Positions 26,886 to 40,971 of a stretch of 64,000 nt of DNA are shown here, piece after piece. The notes under the pieces were generated by a model, which made no database searches, was not told the DNA's origin, and was given only the letters and a program-made list of their open reading frames with translations. A program made the translations under genes and the position numbers. Origin of the DNA: the human T2T-CHM13v2.0 reference genome, Homo sapiens; the NCBI RefSeq assembly GCF_009914755.1, contig NC_060935.1; one strand, given 5' to 3'. The stretch's first letter is position 1. Each line of letters begins with the position of its first letter.

Positions 26886-27188
26886 GGCTGGGTCTGTGTA
26901 GTGGCTCACACCTGTAATCTCAACACTTTTGGAGGCCAAGGCTGGAGGATCACTTGAGCTCTGGAGTTTGAGACCAGTGTGGGCAACATAGCGAGACCGC
27001 ATCTCCACTAAAAATAAAAAATATTAGCTGGGTGTGGTGGGACACATCTGCAGTCTCAGCTACTTGAGAAGCTGAGGATCACTTGAGTCATGGAGATCAA
27101 AGCTGCAATGGGCCATGATTACATCACTGCACTCCAGCTTAGGCAATAAGAGAACAAAAAAGAAAAAAAGACAGAGAGAGAGAGGGAG
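26886..27188 (+). mobile_element. AluJ with an A/GA-rich tail
   Basis: ggaggatcacttgagc J-type motif; TSD agaaaggattggg / agaaaggactggg. Confidence 0.92.
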
Positions 27189-28200
27189 AGAAAGGACTGG
27201 GACTGAAGGCAGAGTTGAGAAAACTCTGGCGATATGATTTTATAATTTATGAATATAAAAACTACTAGCTCTGTATCTTTGCTGTTCCATCATAAAAAAA
27301 CAAGAACAGTGATGAGAATTAGAGTATTTTCCACTAACCTTGAGAGCAGGGCTACACTGTAACAAATATCTGTATCTATATATCTGTGTATTTTATGTGG
27401 AAATATTTAATATTTTCTTTGAATCCTCCTGATCATATAGTACAAAAACAATCCGAATGAGAAAGCTGCCAATTTGTCAAAAAACATACTACTGTTGCAA
27501 AGGCAAAACCAATGACTACCTTCTTCAGTTTGGTGGATAATTAATAGCAACATCAGCTATAGTGATGGGGTGCCAGTTCTTCCCTGGGAACTCTAAGCAT
27601 GCTTTGCATGACACTATGTATAGTTCCCATAACAACCCTCTGACATAGGGTACATTATTAAATTAATGTCATACCTGAACAAACATGTATTAGAAGACAT
27701 TCGGTATTCCTCCCTCCAGGTCATCCTTCTAGTCTTTGGTACAAGTGGGATTCCAACACAAGCAGCTGTTGACGAAAACCACTGCCCTTGACCATGTCCA
27801 TAAAAAGATGGAGAAGCTAAATCTCAGGGAATACCTACAAGTTTGCCAGACTCTTGATATAAACTGGATATTTATTATTAAACACCTGTGAAGCAGCTGT
27901 ATTCCTGTTTTGTAGATGAGAAAACAGAAACTGAGAGTTTAATAACTTGCTGAAATAACAAAAGGCTGAATTTGGATTTACTCTCTTAACCGTCTGGTTC
28001 AAAAGCTCATGGGAATTCTTGCTCTGCCTGTTTTCCAATCACTTTTCAGAAAAACGTGCTTTTTAACTGGCATGCTTCATCCAGGATTTTAATTTCCCCC
28101 AGGGGTTTCCAAATTGAATCTAGTATCGGAGCATGGAACTATAACATTGCTTAACTGGTCATCTACTGCTGAGAGAAGGGCTCTGCAGGTACAAGTGGGT

Positions 28201-28279
28201 AATGATATATATATATATATATATATCTCATATATATGAGATATAAATGATATATATATATATATATCTCATATATATG
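28201..28279. repeat. (AT)n-based tandem repeat with palindromic units
   Basis: Two units of aatga(ta)n tctcatatatatgagatata. Confidence 0.92.
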
Positions 28280-29218
28280 AGATATATATGATATATATAG
28301 TTTCTGTTTTAAAAAAATCGTGGTCTCTTTTGCAGAAGCTTATTTAGAAGCAAGCAAATATAATTCTGCTCCTCACTTACCACCCCATGAAATGCAGTGA
28401 ATAGCACAAAGACAGACTTGAAAAATAGTGCCATGCTGGTCTCTTGTCTTTTAATGATGTCTCAATTGAATTTTCTCAGTGAGCAAATTAAAAGAGGATT
28501 TGCTAAGTGCCAATGCCTCTGACTCCTTGTGGGATTAAAAAACCCAGCTGAACTCTTTGTGCCTCTATGTGGATCAATGCTTGGGAGATTTTGCAAAGGT
28601 AACTGACCTCACAAGGCTTTTGATATGTTGCAGGACAGGATCCAGTACAGCTGGTTCCTCTATAGATATACTGGCTCCTGTAGTTTTTGCTCACAGGAGT
28701 AAAGCATTTTTTAAAAGTGAAGTTAGCAGCAATGACTCAAAGGCTCCCCAGCAACAATTATGCTGAGTAAGATGGAGATATTTTCTCATCATCATTTCAA
28801 TTACAGTTCTTCCCTCTCACTCCCACGGTCCCAGCTCCACAATGAACTTGGTACTTTGGCTCTGAGTTATAAAGGTTAGTTGCAAAGGGAGTATGTCTTT
28901 TGTCTTTTGTTATAATATGGGCTCATTCTTGAAGTTACTCAGTCTAAGTTCATACAAAGCCAGAAATGGAACTCCTATGTTCAATCCCCTGAATTTCTTT
29001 GCTTCAGTCTGGAAAGTACTCCCTTCTTAGTAGAGGGGATAAAACAATCCAGTCATCAGCCAATAAAACTAAGCTTACTATGCCTTCTGAACAAATTTTG
29101 CTAATATGCATGGGTATGACTACGCTGAGCCTATGCACATTAGCAAATATATGTGGTCATTGATACTGCGGTTATTCTGCTTGGTTGAATCCCCTATGAT
29201 CCAGCAATGAAGAGGTAA

Positions 29219-29595
<377 letters not shown>

Positions 29596-29849
29596 TCATT
29601 TGTTTTCTTGATGGGTATTCACGACATACTGGCTGTTAAATATTTTGAACATATCACTCTTTTCTCTGCCACACCTTCCGTATAACCTATGCTGACTGAT
29701 CATTTGTTTAAAGCCAGTTTTACCTTTTGACTTTAAGAGCCTCAAAGGACACACAATAAGCTCATTTATTTTTGATATCTTGAGCCTAGGACAGTTTCAT
29801 GAAATATATGCATTGCTCATTAGACATTTTAAAGTTTGTCAGTAGTATC

Positions 29850-30075
29850 TTGAGTGCTTTTTTGAATGACTGTTCTGTGTCAGGCACTGTTCTAGGCACT
29901 TTAAAAATGTGAATCCTCAAACATCCTCCATGAAGTAGGTGCAAATGCTGTTCTCGTTTTTCAGATGAAAAAACTGCTGTTCACCATGGTTAAGGAAAAT
30001 GCCTATATTCCCACTGCTAATAAGAGGCTAGGCTGGGAGTCAAAGCCAGGAACTCCCATTTTACAGCCCTCACTG
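29850..30075 (-). mobile_element. MIR
   Basis: tgtgtcaggcactgttctaggcacttt...ttttcagatgaaaaaactg. Confidence 0.75.
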
Positions 30076-30377
30076 ACGTCTGTGTTCCACCGCAAAAAAA
30101 TTAGAAAACAGTAAGAGTATGTCACTAGGTATTTATTCAGGAAGGATTTATACATAACATTCTGGTTAGAAGGGGAAGGCTTGAAGTTGATCTCACAATA
30201 AGGCTTACTATTTTTACTCAGTTGTTGTATTTATCTGGGTTGATTTTGTGGGTGGGGGAGATTTAATCTCCTCCCCCCAAAATATCTCTTGCTGCAGCTA
30301 TAAGTTTTGCAGTGGTAGTTGTTTTCACACGTCAAAAATAATCAGAGAATCTTAGCATTTAATGTGTTTTAAAGGTA

Positions 30378-30693
30378 CAGTCAGCCCTCCATATCCTTGC
30401 CTTCCCATCCACAGATTAAACCAACTGCAGTTTAAAAATATTCAGAAAAAAATAAAAAATAAAAAAATGCAGATAAAAACAATACATTATAACAACTCTT
30501 TCATAGTATTTATATTGTGTTAGGTATTATAAATAATCTAGAGATGATTTAAAGTATAAGGGAGGATGTGTGTAGGCTGTACTCAAATACTACACAATCT
30601 TATTTATATAAGGGGCTTGAGTATGCAGAGACTATAGTATCTGCAGGGTAAGAGGGTCTGGAACTAATCCCCCAAGGATACTGAGGGTGATTG
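30378..30693 (+). mobile_element. Tigger3a/MER7-type TcMar MITE
   Basis: TA|cagtcagccctccatatcc ... ggatactgagggtgattg|TA: TIRs with TA duplication. Confidence 0.88.
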
Positions 30694-30803
30694 TAATTTC
30701 TAGCTAGTCCAAATCACACACCTAACTTCCTTTTACAGTACTACAACTGGACCACTATCAGCACAGTAATAAAATCTATCAAAATATTTGAATAGTATGT
30801 CAA

Positions 30804-30807
<4 letters not shown>

Positions 30808-30850
<43 letters not shown>
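30808..30850. repeat. (TA)n microsatellite, about 21 units
   Basis: Directly visible. Confidence 0.97.
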
Positions 30851-30853
<3 letters not shown>

Positions 30854-30949
30854 TATATGAGTATTCTTGACACATGTATAAGTCAAGTAATGATGCTGTT
30901 TGGTTCATAACATTTTGCTTTAAATAGTCACAACTATCCTACCTATGTG

Positions 30950-31090
30950 ATAGTTATTATGCTTGGCCCCATTTTATATATGAGGAAATAGGCTTAGAAG
31001 TGTGCAACTTGCCCAAGTTCACAAAACTAAGCAGAACAGCTAGAATTCAAACTGAAAGAGTCTGAATCCAGACTCTGTGCATTAATCACT
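30950..31090 (-). mobile_element. MIR fragment
   Basis: cccatttta...tgaggaaa...aacttgcccaagttcaca. Confidence 0.7.
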
Positions 31091-31094
31091 GGAT

Positions 31095-33090
31095 CAGTGG
31101 TTCTCAATGCATAATTAATGGAACACTAGGGTTCCCCTAGATCCTCTTAGGGATCCCATGAGGTTAAAACTATATTCATAATGATACTAAGACATTCTTT
31201 GCCTTTTACATTGCGTTGACATTCTCAATGATGATATAATAGAGCAGTGGTAGATAAAACTGATGGTGCCTTAGCAGAAATCAAGAGAAGAACACAAACT
31301 AAATTAGCAGTCTCTGTATTTCAAATACATACACTGGTAGCAAAACAATGCCTTTTTTACTGCCGCAATGAAGGAGCAAAAAATGTCAATTTGATTAAAG
31401 TTTGACCTTTGAATATACATTTTTTTAAGTATTCTGTGTGATGAAATGTAAAAGAAGTGCTTTTTTTTATACAAGGAAGTACAAAGATTTTTTTCTGAAA
31501 AAAAATTGTACAGTTGATTTGTCAGATGGACTAGTTCCTGTTTTTTATGGAATACAATTTTTACTTTGATGAAATCATTGATATAGCAACTATGGTTTTT
31601 CAGAAATGGCTACCAACAGTCATTTTCTCAGAAAATAACAAAGTGAGTCTATTACAAAAAAAAAAAAAAGAAAATGGACATTATTTATCACTATGATAAA
31701 ATGTGATCTTTCAAAGCAAAAAATCAGAATTGTGGAAGACTTGTATCCACCACAGTGAACCTGGCAGCTTCCCAATATGTAAAAAAAAAAAAAAAAAAAA
31801 AAAAATCTAATGAGTGACAGCATTAATAAATGTGATTTTTAATACTGTATAATAAAATTTGTCAACATTTAAACCTGTATAACTCAGTGAATCAATATTT
31901 TCCAAATGACTAATATATGATGTTATAAAATCAGGCATGAGTAAAAGATCAAAAGGCAAGTTAGGCTAATGCCTTATAATGTAACACAATGCTCCCCACC
32001 CTTTGTGGCATCAGGAGCCAGCTTCATGGAAGACAATTTTTCCACAGATCTGGGAGTGACTGTTGGTGGTAGTGGTTTCAGAATGATTCAAGCACATTAC
32101 ACTTATTTGTGCACTTTATTTCTATTATTACATTGTAATATATAATGAAATAATTATATAATTCACCAAAATGTAGAATCAGTGGGAGCCCTGGGCTTGT
32201 TTTCCTGCCACTAGACAGTCCCATCTGGGGGTGATGGGAGACAGTGACAGATCATCAGGCATTAGATTCTCATAAGGAGCATGGAACCAGAACCCAGATT
32301 CCTGGTATACACAGTTCACGATAGGGTTTGTGCTCCTTTGAGAATCTAATGCCCCTGCTGGTCCGACAGGAGGCAGAGCTCAGGCTGTAATGTGAGCGAG
32401 GGGAATTGGCTGTAAATACTGATGAAGCTTTGCTCTGCTTGCTTGCCTGCTGCTCACCTCCTGCTGTGCAACCCAGTTCCTAACAGGCCACCAACTGGTG
32501 CTGTGCAACCCAGTTCCTAAGAGGCCACCAACTGGTATAGGTCTATAGCCCAGGGGTTGGGGGTGCCTGATGTAAAAGATATGAAAATCTCATTGGTATG
32601 TTTTCATATTTCACATTGAAATTAACCTTTTAAAAACATCCACTTGTTCAGTTTTCACATATCACATATCCACAATTAACCGAAAAGGCAATTAAAATGT
32701 TGTCCTTCCCTTCAAATCACATATCTGTGTAATGGAAGACCATTTTCAGCATCTCAGATAAAAAACATATCCGAACTGACTGATGAGAATATATGAGAAT
32801 TCAGGTCTCCTCTATTAAACTAGACAACTGTAAAATAATGCCACTCTTCCCACTAAATTTTATTGAAAATAAGTATTTTCATGAACTATGTTATTTATGT
32901 TAAGATATAATAGAATTACTATCATTATTTTAATATAAATTAATAACTTTTTAAATTTCTTACTTTCATTTTATTGACTGATATAAAAACAAAAGCATAA
33001 ACAAAAGTGGTTTTTTTTTTTCGGATTCTCAGTATTTTTCTGAGAATGTAAAGGGCGGGATCTTAACATCAGCCATTCTGAGAACTGTTA
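31095..33090 (+). mobile_element. Charlie1a-like hAT transposon with nested MER1A
   Basis: cagtggttctcaa start; aaaactatattcataatgatactaagac...gttgacatt...aaaactgatggtgccttagca; ends tgagaactg; length minus MER1A about 1.4 kb. Confidence 0.8.
31987..32569 (+). mobile_element. MER1A
   Basis: 8-bp TSD atgtaaca / atgtaaaa; homologous to the copy at 17704. Confidence 0.93.
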
Positions 33091-33109
33091 TATTTTCCTG
33101 ACCCTTATC

Positions 33110-33590
33110 AGATAGGTTTTTATCTGTTTGGCTGAATATATCCAGTGATGAAGAATTCACTACCTCTTAAGAAACTTCATTACATTTTAAAACCAATGAA
33201 ATTACGTTGTTTGATTTTTCCCCATTGATCCTGGTAACATGCTCTGAAGTCACAAAAAGGAAAGCTAATTCCTCTTTTTCAAGACAGACATTAAGAACTA
33301 TAAGATTGCTACGACATTAATTTAAAATTAAACTATGGGTCTACTGTTTAGTATTCTCATTTAATATTTATTTCTCCATCTTCCTCATAACAATATTGAG
33401 CAATTTTGTCAAATGTCTCTCTGAAATCCTGACATACCATAGAAACCCTTTTATCCTGATCTGCCAGTACAGACAAGAACTTTAGATAAGAAGAATATTA
33501 AATAAGTGTGTCATTATGTTTTCCTTAGAGAAGTCTTCTTGGCTGCTGGAAATTACAATTTTCTGTCCTAACTGCTCACAAACGATCCAT
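33110..33590 (-). mobile_element. L3/CR1 LINE remnant
   Basis: gaatatatccagtgatgaagaattcactacctc and ttgtcaaatg...ctgaaatcc motifs; very degenerate. Confidence 0.45.
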
Positions 33591-36500
33591 GACAAAGCTT
33601 GAATGAAATTTAACACACTTACTAGAGAACTATGGCAATTAAAATAAAATAATAATTTTAGTTGACTAAGTATTTATGAATCCAAGTTATTTTTTGTATA
33701 TTTTCATTGCTTTTGTATACTTCATTTCATTTCATGTGCTTTGCAGTTGTACTGCAGCATCATCTTAAATGGGCTATTGAGGGAAATACTGACTTTGGAG
33801 ATATCTTTTGTTCTACTTTCATTGAACTGTGCAATATTGGGCACATATAATTTTTTCTGTTTTTAAGTTTGCTTAATTATCAAATAAATGAACTTCAGTT
33901 AGATGATCTTAGAGGACCCCATGAAATTTATATTTGAACTGGCCCACACATAATATAGAATATATTTATGCTAATTTAAAAATTAAGAAAAGTTCTAGTG
34001 GAGTTATTGCTTGGTTCGTTCTTTAAAAAAACACCCGCTGAAGTCATCTGCTTATAACAAAACAGAAAATTAAAAATAAATGTTTTAATGAAAGGACACC
34101 TGCATTGAAACTTTTTAGGCACTCCTTTGATTGCTTTTTCACTTCCTTTTTGGCAGAGGAGACACAGTTAAAAATTTCAGGTTTGAATGTTTTTATCCCC
34201 TTCAGGGACTTTCTCAGTATTATTCCCATCTTTTTTTTTCCTTTTGACATCTAATATTTCTATTGCGAATATCAGACAGAAAAACATAGTGTTACACAAG
34301 TCACCAGAGACAAAAAGATAGAAAGTAATGACTTTACATTTTGGTTCATTTAACAGTGAATTCCTTGACAAGGAAGTGATACTAGAAACTTAGACAGCAA
34401 CAGTGAGACAATGTAAAAGCATCATAGGAACATAACAATTTGAGGATGACAGGGTAGGAAGTCTTTGCACAAGCTGGGGAAGAAAGCTCAAAGTGATCTC
34501 AATAGCAAGAAACAATGAACCTTGGCACATTATAAAAGCTATTATCCCCTTGCTGTGGATAACGGGAACTGGATGGGGCATACTACTGTTACTTTCGGCT
34601 CCTTTTTGCTCTGACCCATTGGAATGTACTTTTTTTTTTTTTTTTAAGGAGTTCAATGTGTAGTGGAGTGTTACTCAATTTTTTTGAAAACTATTGATTT
34701 GCCATCCACACACTTTGGCGTGACACTTTGCATTTCAGAATTATGAAATCTTACCAATATCCAGGTGAGGTTCTTCTTTCATAAAATTCATGAGTGCGCC
34801 ATGGAGCATTACTCAAATCCAAATAAATCCAAATCAATCACTCTTCTCTCAGCATTTCTATTACCTAAAAGTGAGGTGCAACATGATATCTGTGGCCAAC
34901 TGGCAATTCAGACATTCCCCTGACGGAGAGTTGGCAATACTCTACCTAGAAGCATAAACACTGGCTGAACTGTAGCTAATGGGGGATGTGAAAGAAGTAG
35001 GAGCTTCACTCTGCTAGAGATGTGTTCATTTGCAATTAACATAGGGTGACGGTGATCCTTTCAGAATTTCTGGCTTGGAGGTTCACAATTTAGACTTGGA
35101 CCTTGCTCCTACCCATAGTTGAAAACCCTGGTGATGTATGTTATATAATTTCCCCTACTACCAGAAATTCATCCAAATTGAGTTTTTCCCTAAACTGCAT
35201 CTCTCTAAATTCTCATCCCAGAGGAAGCAAAAATTACATATTATGGCAACTAAATTTTCTACCTAATAATTATAAGTAATCTTTTAAAGCCAAAATATTA
35301 AGCCTTTTATCCCAACTTGGATGGGCTCTTTCCTTTACTCTCGCCGGTTTTTTCTTTACTGTCTCTTTAAGATTTCTCTCTCTATTTATACTTTTTTTTT
35401 AACTACTTCATCAACCTTTTCCCCCAATGACCTTTAATTCTTAAGCATCTTGTCCTTCCCCATTGTCCCCTCCACAATTTCTCTAATGTAATCAACAGGA
35501 CCAGAAACTTGGCTCAACCATAAAATGTGACTTCTTTACACAGACACGCAGCAAAAATGGCCAGAGGTGAAATTCAGAGAGGACTGATACAGAATATACC
35601 TATGATTTGGAAGTCTTTGTTGTTGTCATTCTAACATTTCTCAAAAACATTCTAGAAACAACAACTTAATGTGTGTTTTTGAGAACTGAGTATTTTTTTC
35701 TCTTGATTGATTGTCAATGTTATATAAGCAGGTACACTAGGAATCAGAGTAACCAAGTGTGACTTTGCAGTTTGTGCCCAGCAAAATGTTTCTAAAAAAT
35801 AAACCATGATGCATTGTCTGGTTTTGGGTCTTTGTGTCTGCAGAGCTATGTCATCCCAGAGGGAATACCTTGTTCTTATTCATATAAAAGTGCTTAAACA
35901 GGCTAGGGTACTCCTGCTGGGATATATAACAACTAATGATGCATTATGAACAACTGCTTACTAGATAGCTTCACTTTGCTACCTAATAGGCATCTCCAAC
36001 AACATGGCTAAATCACCATGAAAATGGTGCTATTTTCCACCCATTTGCTCAAGCAAAGATCCTAGGAGATATCTTTCATCCTTTTCTTTTCCTTTCTAAT
36101 CACGTCTAATCCATCAAAAGAGCTGGCAGTTCTAACTTCAAAACATATTTCCAAACTTTCTTCCCTTGATGTCTATTGCTATCTAATTTTAGATACCATA
36201 TGTGTTTCTTATATGTTCTTATATGTAAGAAAAAAGACTAGGGAGTATCATATGTTGCTTCTTGTCTTTTTTCTTTCATATAAAAGCAGAATTCACCCAG
36301 CAGGTAGAATTATATTACAACTCAGCTTTCAAAAAGCTTAGGAGGCATCTCACTGCACTTGGAACAAATACCAAACCATTGGTCTGCAAGGCCCTTTCCA
36401 TCAACTGGACCCAGCCTATATCTCCAAATTCATTTTTTAGTAACCTTTGTTTATCCCTGCTATGATTTGTACAACATACTGAATTTCTTGCCCAAAGAAC

Positions 36501-37148
36501 ACTGACTAAATCAAATGAAAGTCTACTCTAATATGAGTATTAGATATTTTTTGATACAGGATAGAAAGTCTAAGAAAACTTCACTTTTAAAATTAATTTA
36601 TTACATAGTTCCACTGTTCATGAGATTTCCACAATAGGAATAATATTCTTTGTGTTCATGATTCTGAAGTATTCTTTGAAAATACAGGCAATGCTGTTGT
36701 TACAACAAAATAAAATAATTTGTAGTTACCAAATGAAATTTGTTTTCTTTATGTTAATGAGCATCAGAGGCATTAGGCAGATAAGAGAGGAATGACTGTG
36801 AGGCTGGGTAGCAGACTTACTTACTCTACACATGTGCTGACAATGGACCCTAATTTTCTCTGCTCTTGTCCCAGGCATGGTCCTAGCCCAGCAGTTCTCT
36901 TTGTGATTCTAGCTATTTTCAGGTTTTTCACTGCCTTAAAAAAAATAAAACTAATGAGAAAAAAATTGTCAAGGTTTTAGAAATACTCACTGATGGTTCT
37001 TATCTGTAGGCAAATATCAAGGAGCTAAAATCAACAGATAATGTGATGTGCTTTTGGAAGGAGATGAAATAATTATGTCTGACAAACAAAAGATAATTGA
37101 TGGTACTATTCCTTGGATAGATAGGACCTGTAGTAGAGGTTGGCCACA

Positions 37149-37564
37149 TGTGTCAGTCATTTTATGTTGCTATAAAGAAATACCTGAGGTTAAGTAATTT
37201 ATAAAGGAAAGAGGTTTATTTGGCTCATGGTTCTGCAGAGTGTACAAGAAGCATGGTGCCAGCATCTGCTTCTGGTGCGGGCCTTAGGAAGCTTACACTT
37301 ATGACAAATGGCAAAGGGGGAACAGGAGTGTCACATGGTCAGTGACAGAGCAAAAGAGGAGAGGGAGTACCAGACTTTTTAAAATGGCCAGCTCTCTCAT
37401 AAACTAATAGAGCAATAACTCACTAATTACTGTGAGTACAGCACCAAACTATTCATGAGGGATCCGTCCCCATGAGCCAAACATATGCTACTAGGCCCCA
37501 CCTCCAACACTGGAGATCAAACTTTTTTTCAACATTGGAGGGGATGAATATCCAAACTATATCA
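37149..37564 (-). mobile_element. MSTB solo LTR inside an L2 remnant
   Basis: Reverse-strand MST LTR ending tccaaactatatca; TSD ccaca / cccca. Confidence 0.9.
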
Positions 37565-38788
37565 CCCCAAGTGGGGTATAAAGTTCGGTGTTAGGCCTGC
37601 TGAGTTGCAGAGGCTTATGGTATATACATAAGTGAAGATATGCAACATAAAATTTTGATGTCAGGGTTTAGTTCTGCAATGATATCTGTGTGGATAATAG
37701 AGATTTGTGAATTATGAAAATATTAGGGATAGTTGAAAAACTGGAAGTTGAACAAATCAATAAATAAGAGAGTATATACTGTGAGAAGAAAAATAAGAGA
37801 GAGAAGAGATGAGGATACAAATGGAACTCCAGAGATTACCATTACCTATAATATGAGTGAAAAGAAGGAAAACTATAAGAGACAGTAAAGGGACATAACC
37901 ACAGGAGAATGATGAGAGAGGCACTTCTGAAGCCAAAGGAAGAGAAAGTTTCCTGAGTTAGAGAGTAGCCAAAGATGTCAGATGTTGCAGAGACGTCAAA
38001 AGAGAAAATGACTCAATAGCTCCTTGAAGTGCATAAGTGATCTTTTTCAGAGCTCTTCCAGAGGATTAATAGGGATAGAAATCAGATTATCAATAAGGTG
38101 AAGAATGAAGGAAAGGTATGCAATTATTTTGAAAAAGTTAGTTGTGAAGAAAAGGTGATAGTTTGGGTTACATCTAGAGGTGGGCAAAGGGTCAATAAAG
38201 GAGTATTTTGTTTGTTTGTTTTTGTCTTTGTTTTTCATTAGGTAAAAGGAAGCAAGGTATGATTCCAAAAAAATAAGCAAGGAATGATGTGTAGGTCTGT
38301 AGCATGTAGGATGAGGAGAGCCTTCTAGATGAGAACAGGGAGGGCTGTTCCACTGTCACCAATGGTTATAAAGATTTACTAAGATGTGTTGTGAGATGTA
38401 TATTAATATACAAACTTGCAGTTATTCACCTTCAAGGAGCCTTTTTAAGGTTTCTCACATCCTTACTAACCCTAACACAGGTTGGAGTAGGTGTTTCTTT
38501 GAGCTGTCCAAATAATCTGAATAAATATTGACTTAGTTTTCCATTAAACCATGATGACTGCTTTGAGAACATTACTCCTAGCATCGTAGCTGGGCATATA
38601 GAATGTTGACTGAAATAACTGATGAATTAATGATAAAGTATACTGCAGAAAAGAGAGGTCGAAAACCAGATTCAGGTTTTCTGAATTCAGGTTTCAATAA
38701 ATTCTAAATTTATTGTTACTGTAAGAAACTAATTCTGAACCTAGTATTTGATACAAGGGAATTATAAACAAATATGTATATATTTTTT

Positions 38789-39027
38789 AAAAATATTAAA
38801 ATTGATCTGCACATTCTGCACATGTATCCCAGAACTTAAAAAAAAAAAAAGGACATTCTTCCATGTAACCACAGTCTCACTCAGGAAATGTGACATTGGT
38901 GAAATATCATTATCTAATCTAGAGATGTTAGGATTAAAAAATTGTCACAATAATGCCATTCTAATATACAGTTCTAAATCTGGGATCTAATAAAAAATCT
39001 CAGACTGTAAAAAAAATTAAAATTGAT
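38789..39027 (+). mobile_element. Severely truncated L1PA with 3' transduction
   Basis: TSD, 31-bp L1 3' end, A13, 158-bp extra sequence with AATAAA, A-run, TSD (see findings). Confidence 0.85.
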
Positions 39028-40971
39028 ACCCAACTTGACTGCACTTTATGGATTTATACATCTCTGGGGTTTTATTTTGTTATTTTCTCCATGCAATATA
39101 AGGATTTTCCTCTTTGGAGACAGGAAAATGGATTACATAATTATTCAAAGTCCTGATTAGGCCTATGACTCTATGATCTACTGATATGTCCTAATTCAAC
39201 TGCTCCATGAACATACCCAATCACAAACTAGACACGCATTCAAATTCTATCAGCTTTCTGTATCATCTTTTTGGACAACAGTTTTGCTCCACTGACTAGC
39301 TCCCCAGGTCAAAATTCATCACCTGCTGCAGTAGAGGATTTCAGTAACAAAGGATTGCAGAAATGCCATTATAGCAGCCACATATAATGTACTGAGGAGA
39401 GATTTTTATACTTCTTTTGGATTTCTGGGGCGTTGTAATTTTCCCCAGCAACCCAACCCAAATGATTTGAAGAGATACTTAATATCTCCCTCCTTTCCCG
39501 CATCATCTATGTATGTATTAAATTCTTAAATGAGAGTGCCAACATGACATGAAGAATAAATGTGGTGACTCCAATTCCCCTCTCAGCTGGCAGGAGTTGC
39601 ATCAATAAAATCACTTAAGGTATTCAGAAACATGTGGAGTTTTCCATAGGAGACTGCAGATCGATGAACACACAGAACATGTCCTTGTCACCCCTGCTGC
39701 GGTGCCTTTTCTTCTCAGCCTGATGACACGTCAATAAAGCTGTCTGAGTCTCTGGCCACTGTTACAGACTGTAAATGTCTCCTGGTATTAGTTTGCTGAA
39801 CAGGATTCCCTGCACACCTCGCTCACACTGTGTCTAGCCCCCACCTCTGTAGAGATTTCTAACTCCTAAGCATGGCACACTTAAATTGAGATGGAAACTT
39901 TGACAAAGGTATCCACATTTTAAAAAAATTAAAACTCTACTACGGACAGTCTGTAATTTGTAGCATTTCCAAAATTATGTATTTCCAAAGTGATGGCAGA
40001 ATTCTTTAAAAATAATTTCTAACATAAATTATTTGTTTTTGTCTTAGCTCAAATATTAATATGCAAAACCATTATTTAAAAACTAAGCTCTGCAAATTAA
40101 GTGCCTAAAACATGGGCTCTGATTCACTCTTTTTTCTTAAGGGAACAACCGTCCCATAGGATGGTGAAATAATAATTTAGTTAAGAATAAATCAAAAGTA
40201 CTACATTTGCTACTCTATATTCAGATCAATATTTTTTTTAAATCAAAATATTGGCTAGAAACCTGCCATATGCTGGACACTATGTGAGTGAGAAAACACA
40301 TGGCAACAAGCAATGAAAATATATCATGGCAAGTATCATTTACTTAGGTAAGCCTAAAGTTTTTTGGAAGCACAAAATAAGGAATACCCGAGTTTCCCTA
40401 GCAGAGCGTGAAAGGCATTGGAAAAGAGGTAACATTGGACCTGGTGCTTGAAAGATGAATAAGAGTTTCCTGTGACAGAAGGGAGAAAGGCAACAAAGAG
40501 GACGCTACATGCAGACACATCCAGCATGAAAATAATGTTACCTTCATGGAAATGCAAGCAGCATAGAATGGCTGGAGAACAAGGGTGAGAAAACATTAAG
40601 CTATGGAACAGAAAAGAGAAGGTTGTAAAAAACCTTGCATGCTAAAGAAAAAAACAATTAAAAAAATTATTCTGTAGGCTCATAGTTCCCATGCCTCGCT
40701 CATCATCAGAATAATTTGGTTGAGTATTTTAAAACAACAGATTATTTCATTACAATTACAAAGATTCTAATTAATAAGTGGGGCTTGAGTTCCAGGAATA
40801 TATTTTGAAAAACTCCAGACATAATTGTGATACTCATTAGAGTTGACAGTCATCCCATGCGGAGAATGAAAAGATTTTGAAAGGCTTACAGGAAGGGAGA
40901 AAATATGTTATAATCCATGTTTAATTATTATCAATTCTCTAGGTAAGTAAATAAACAAAATGCCTATTAGA

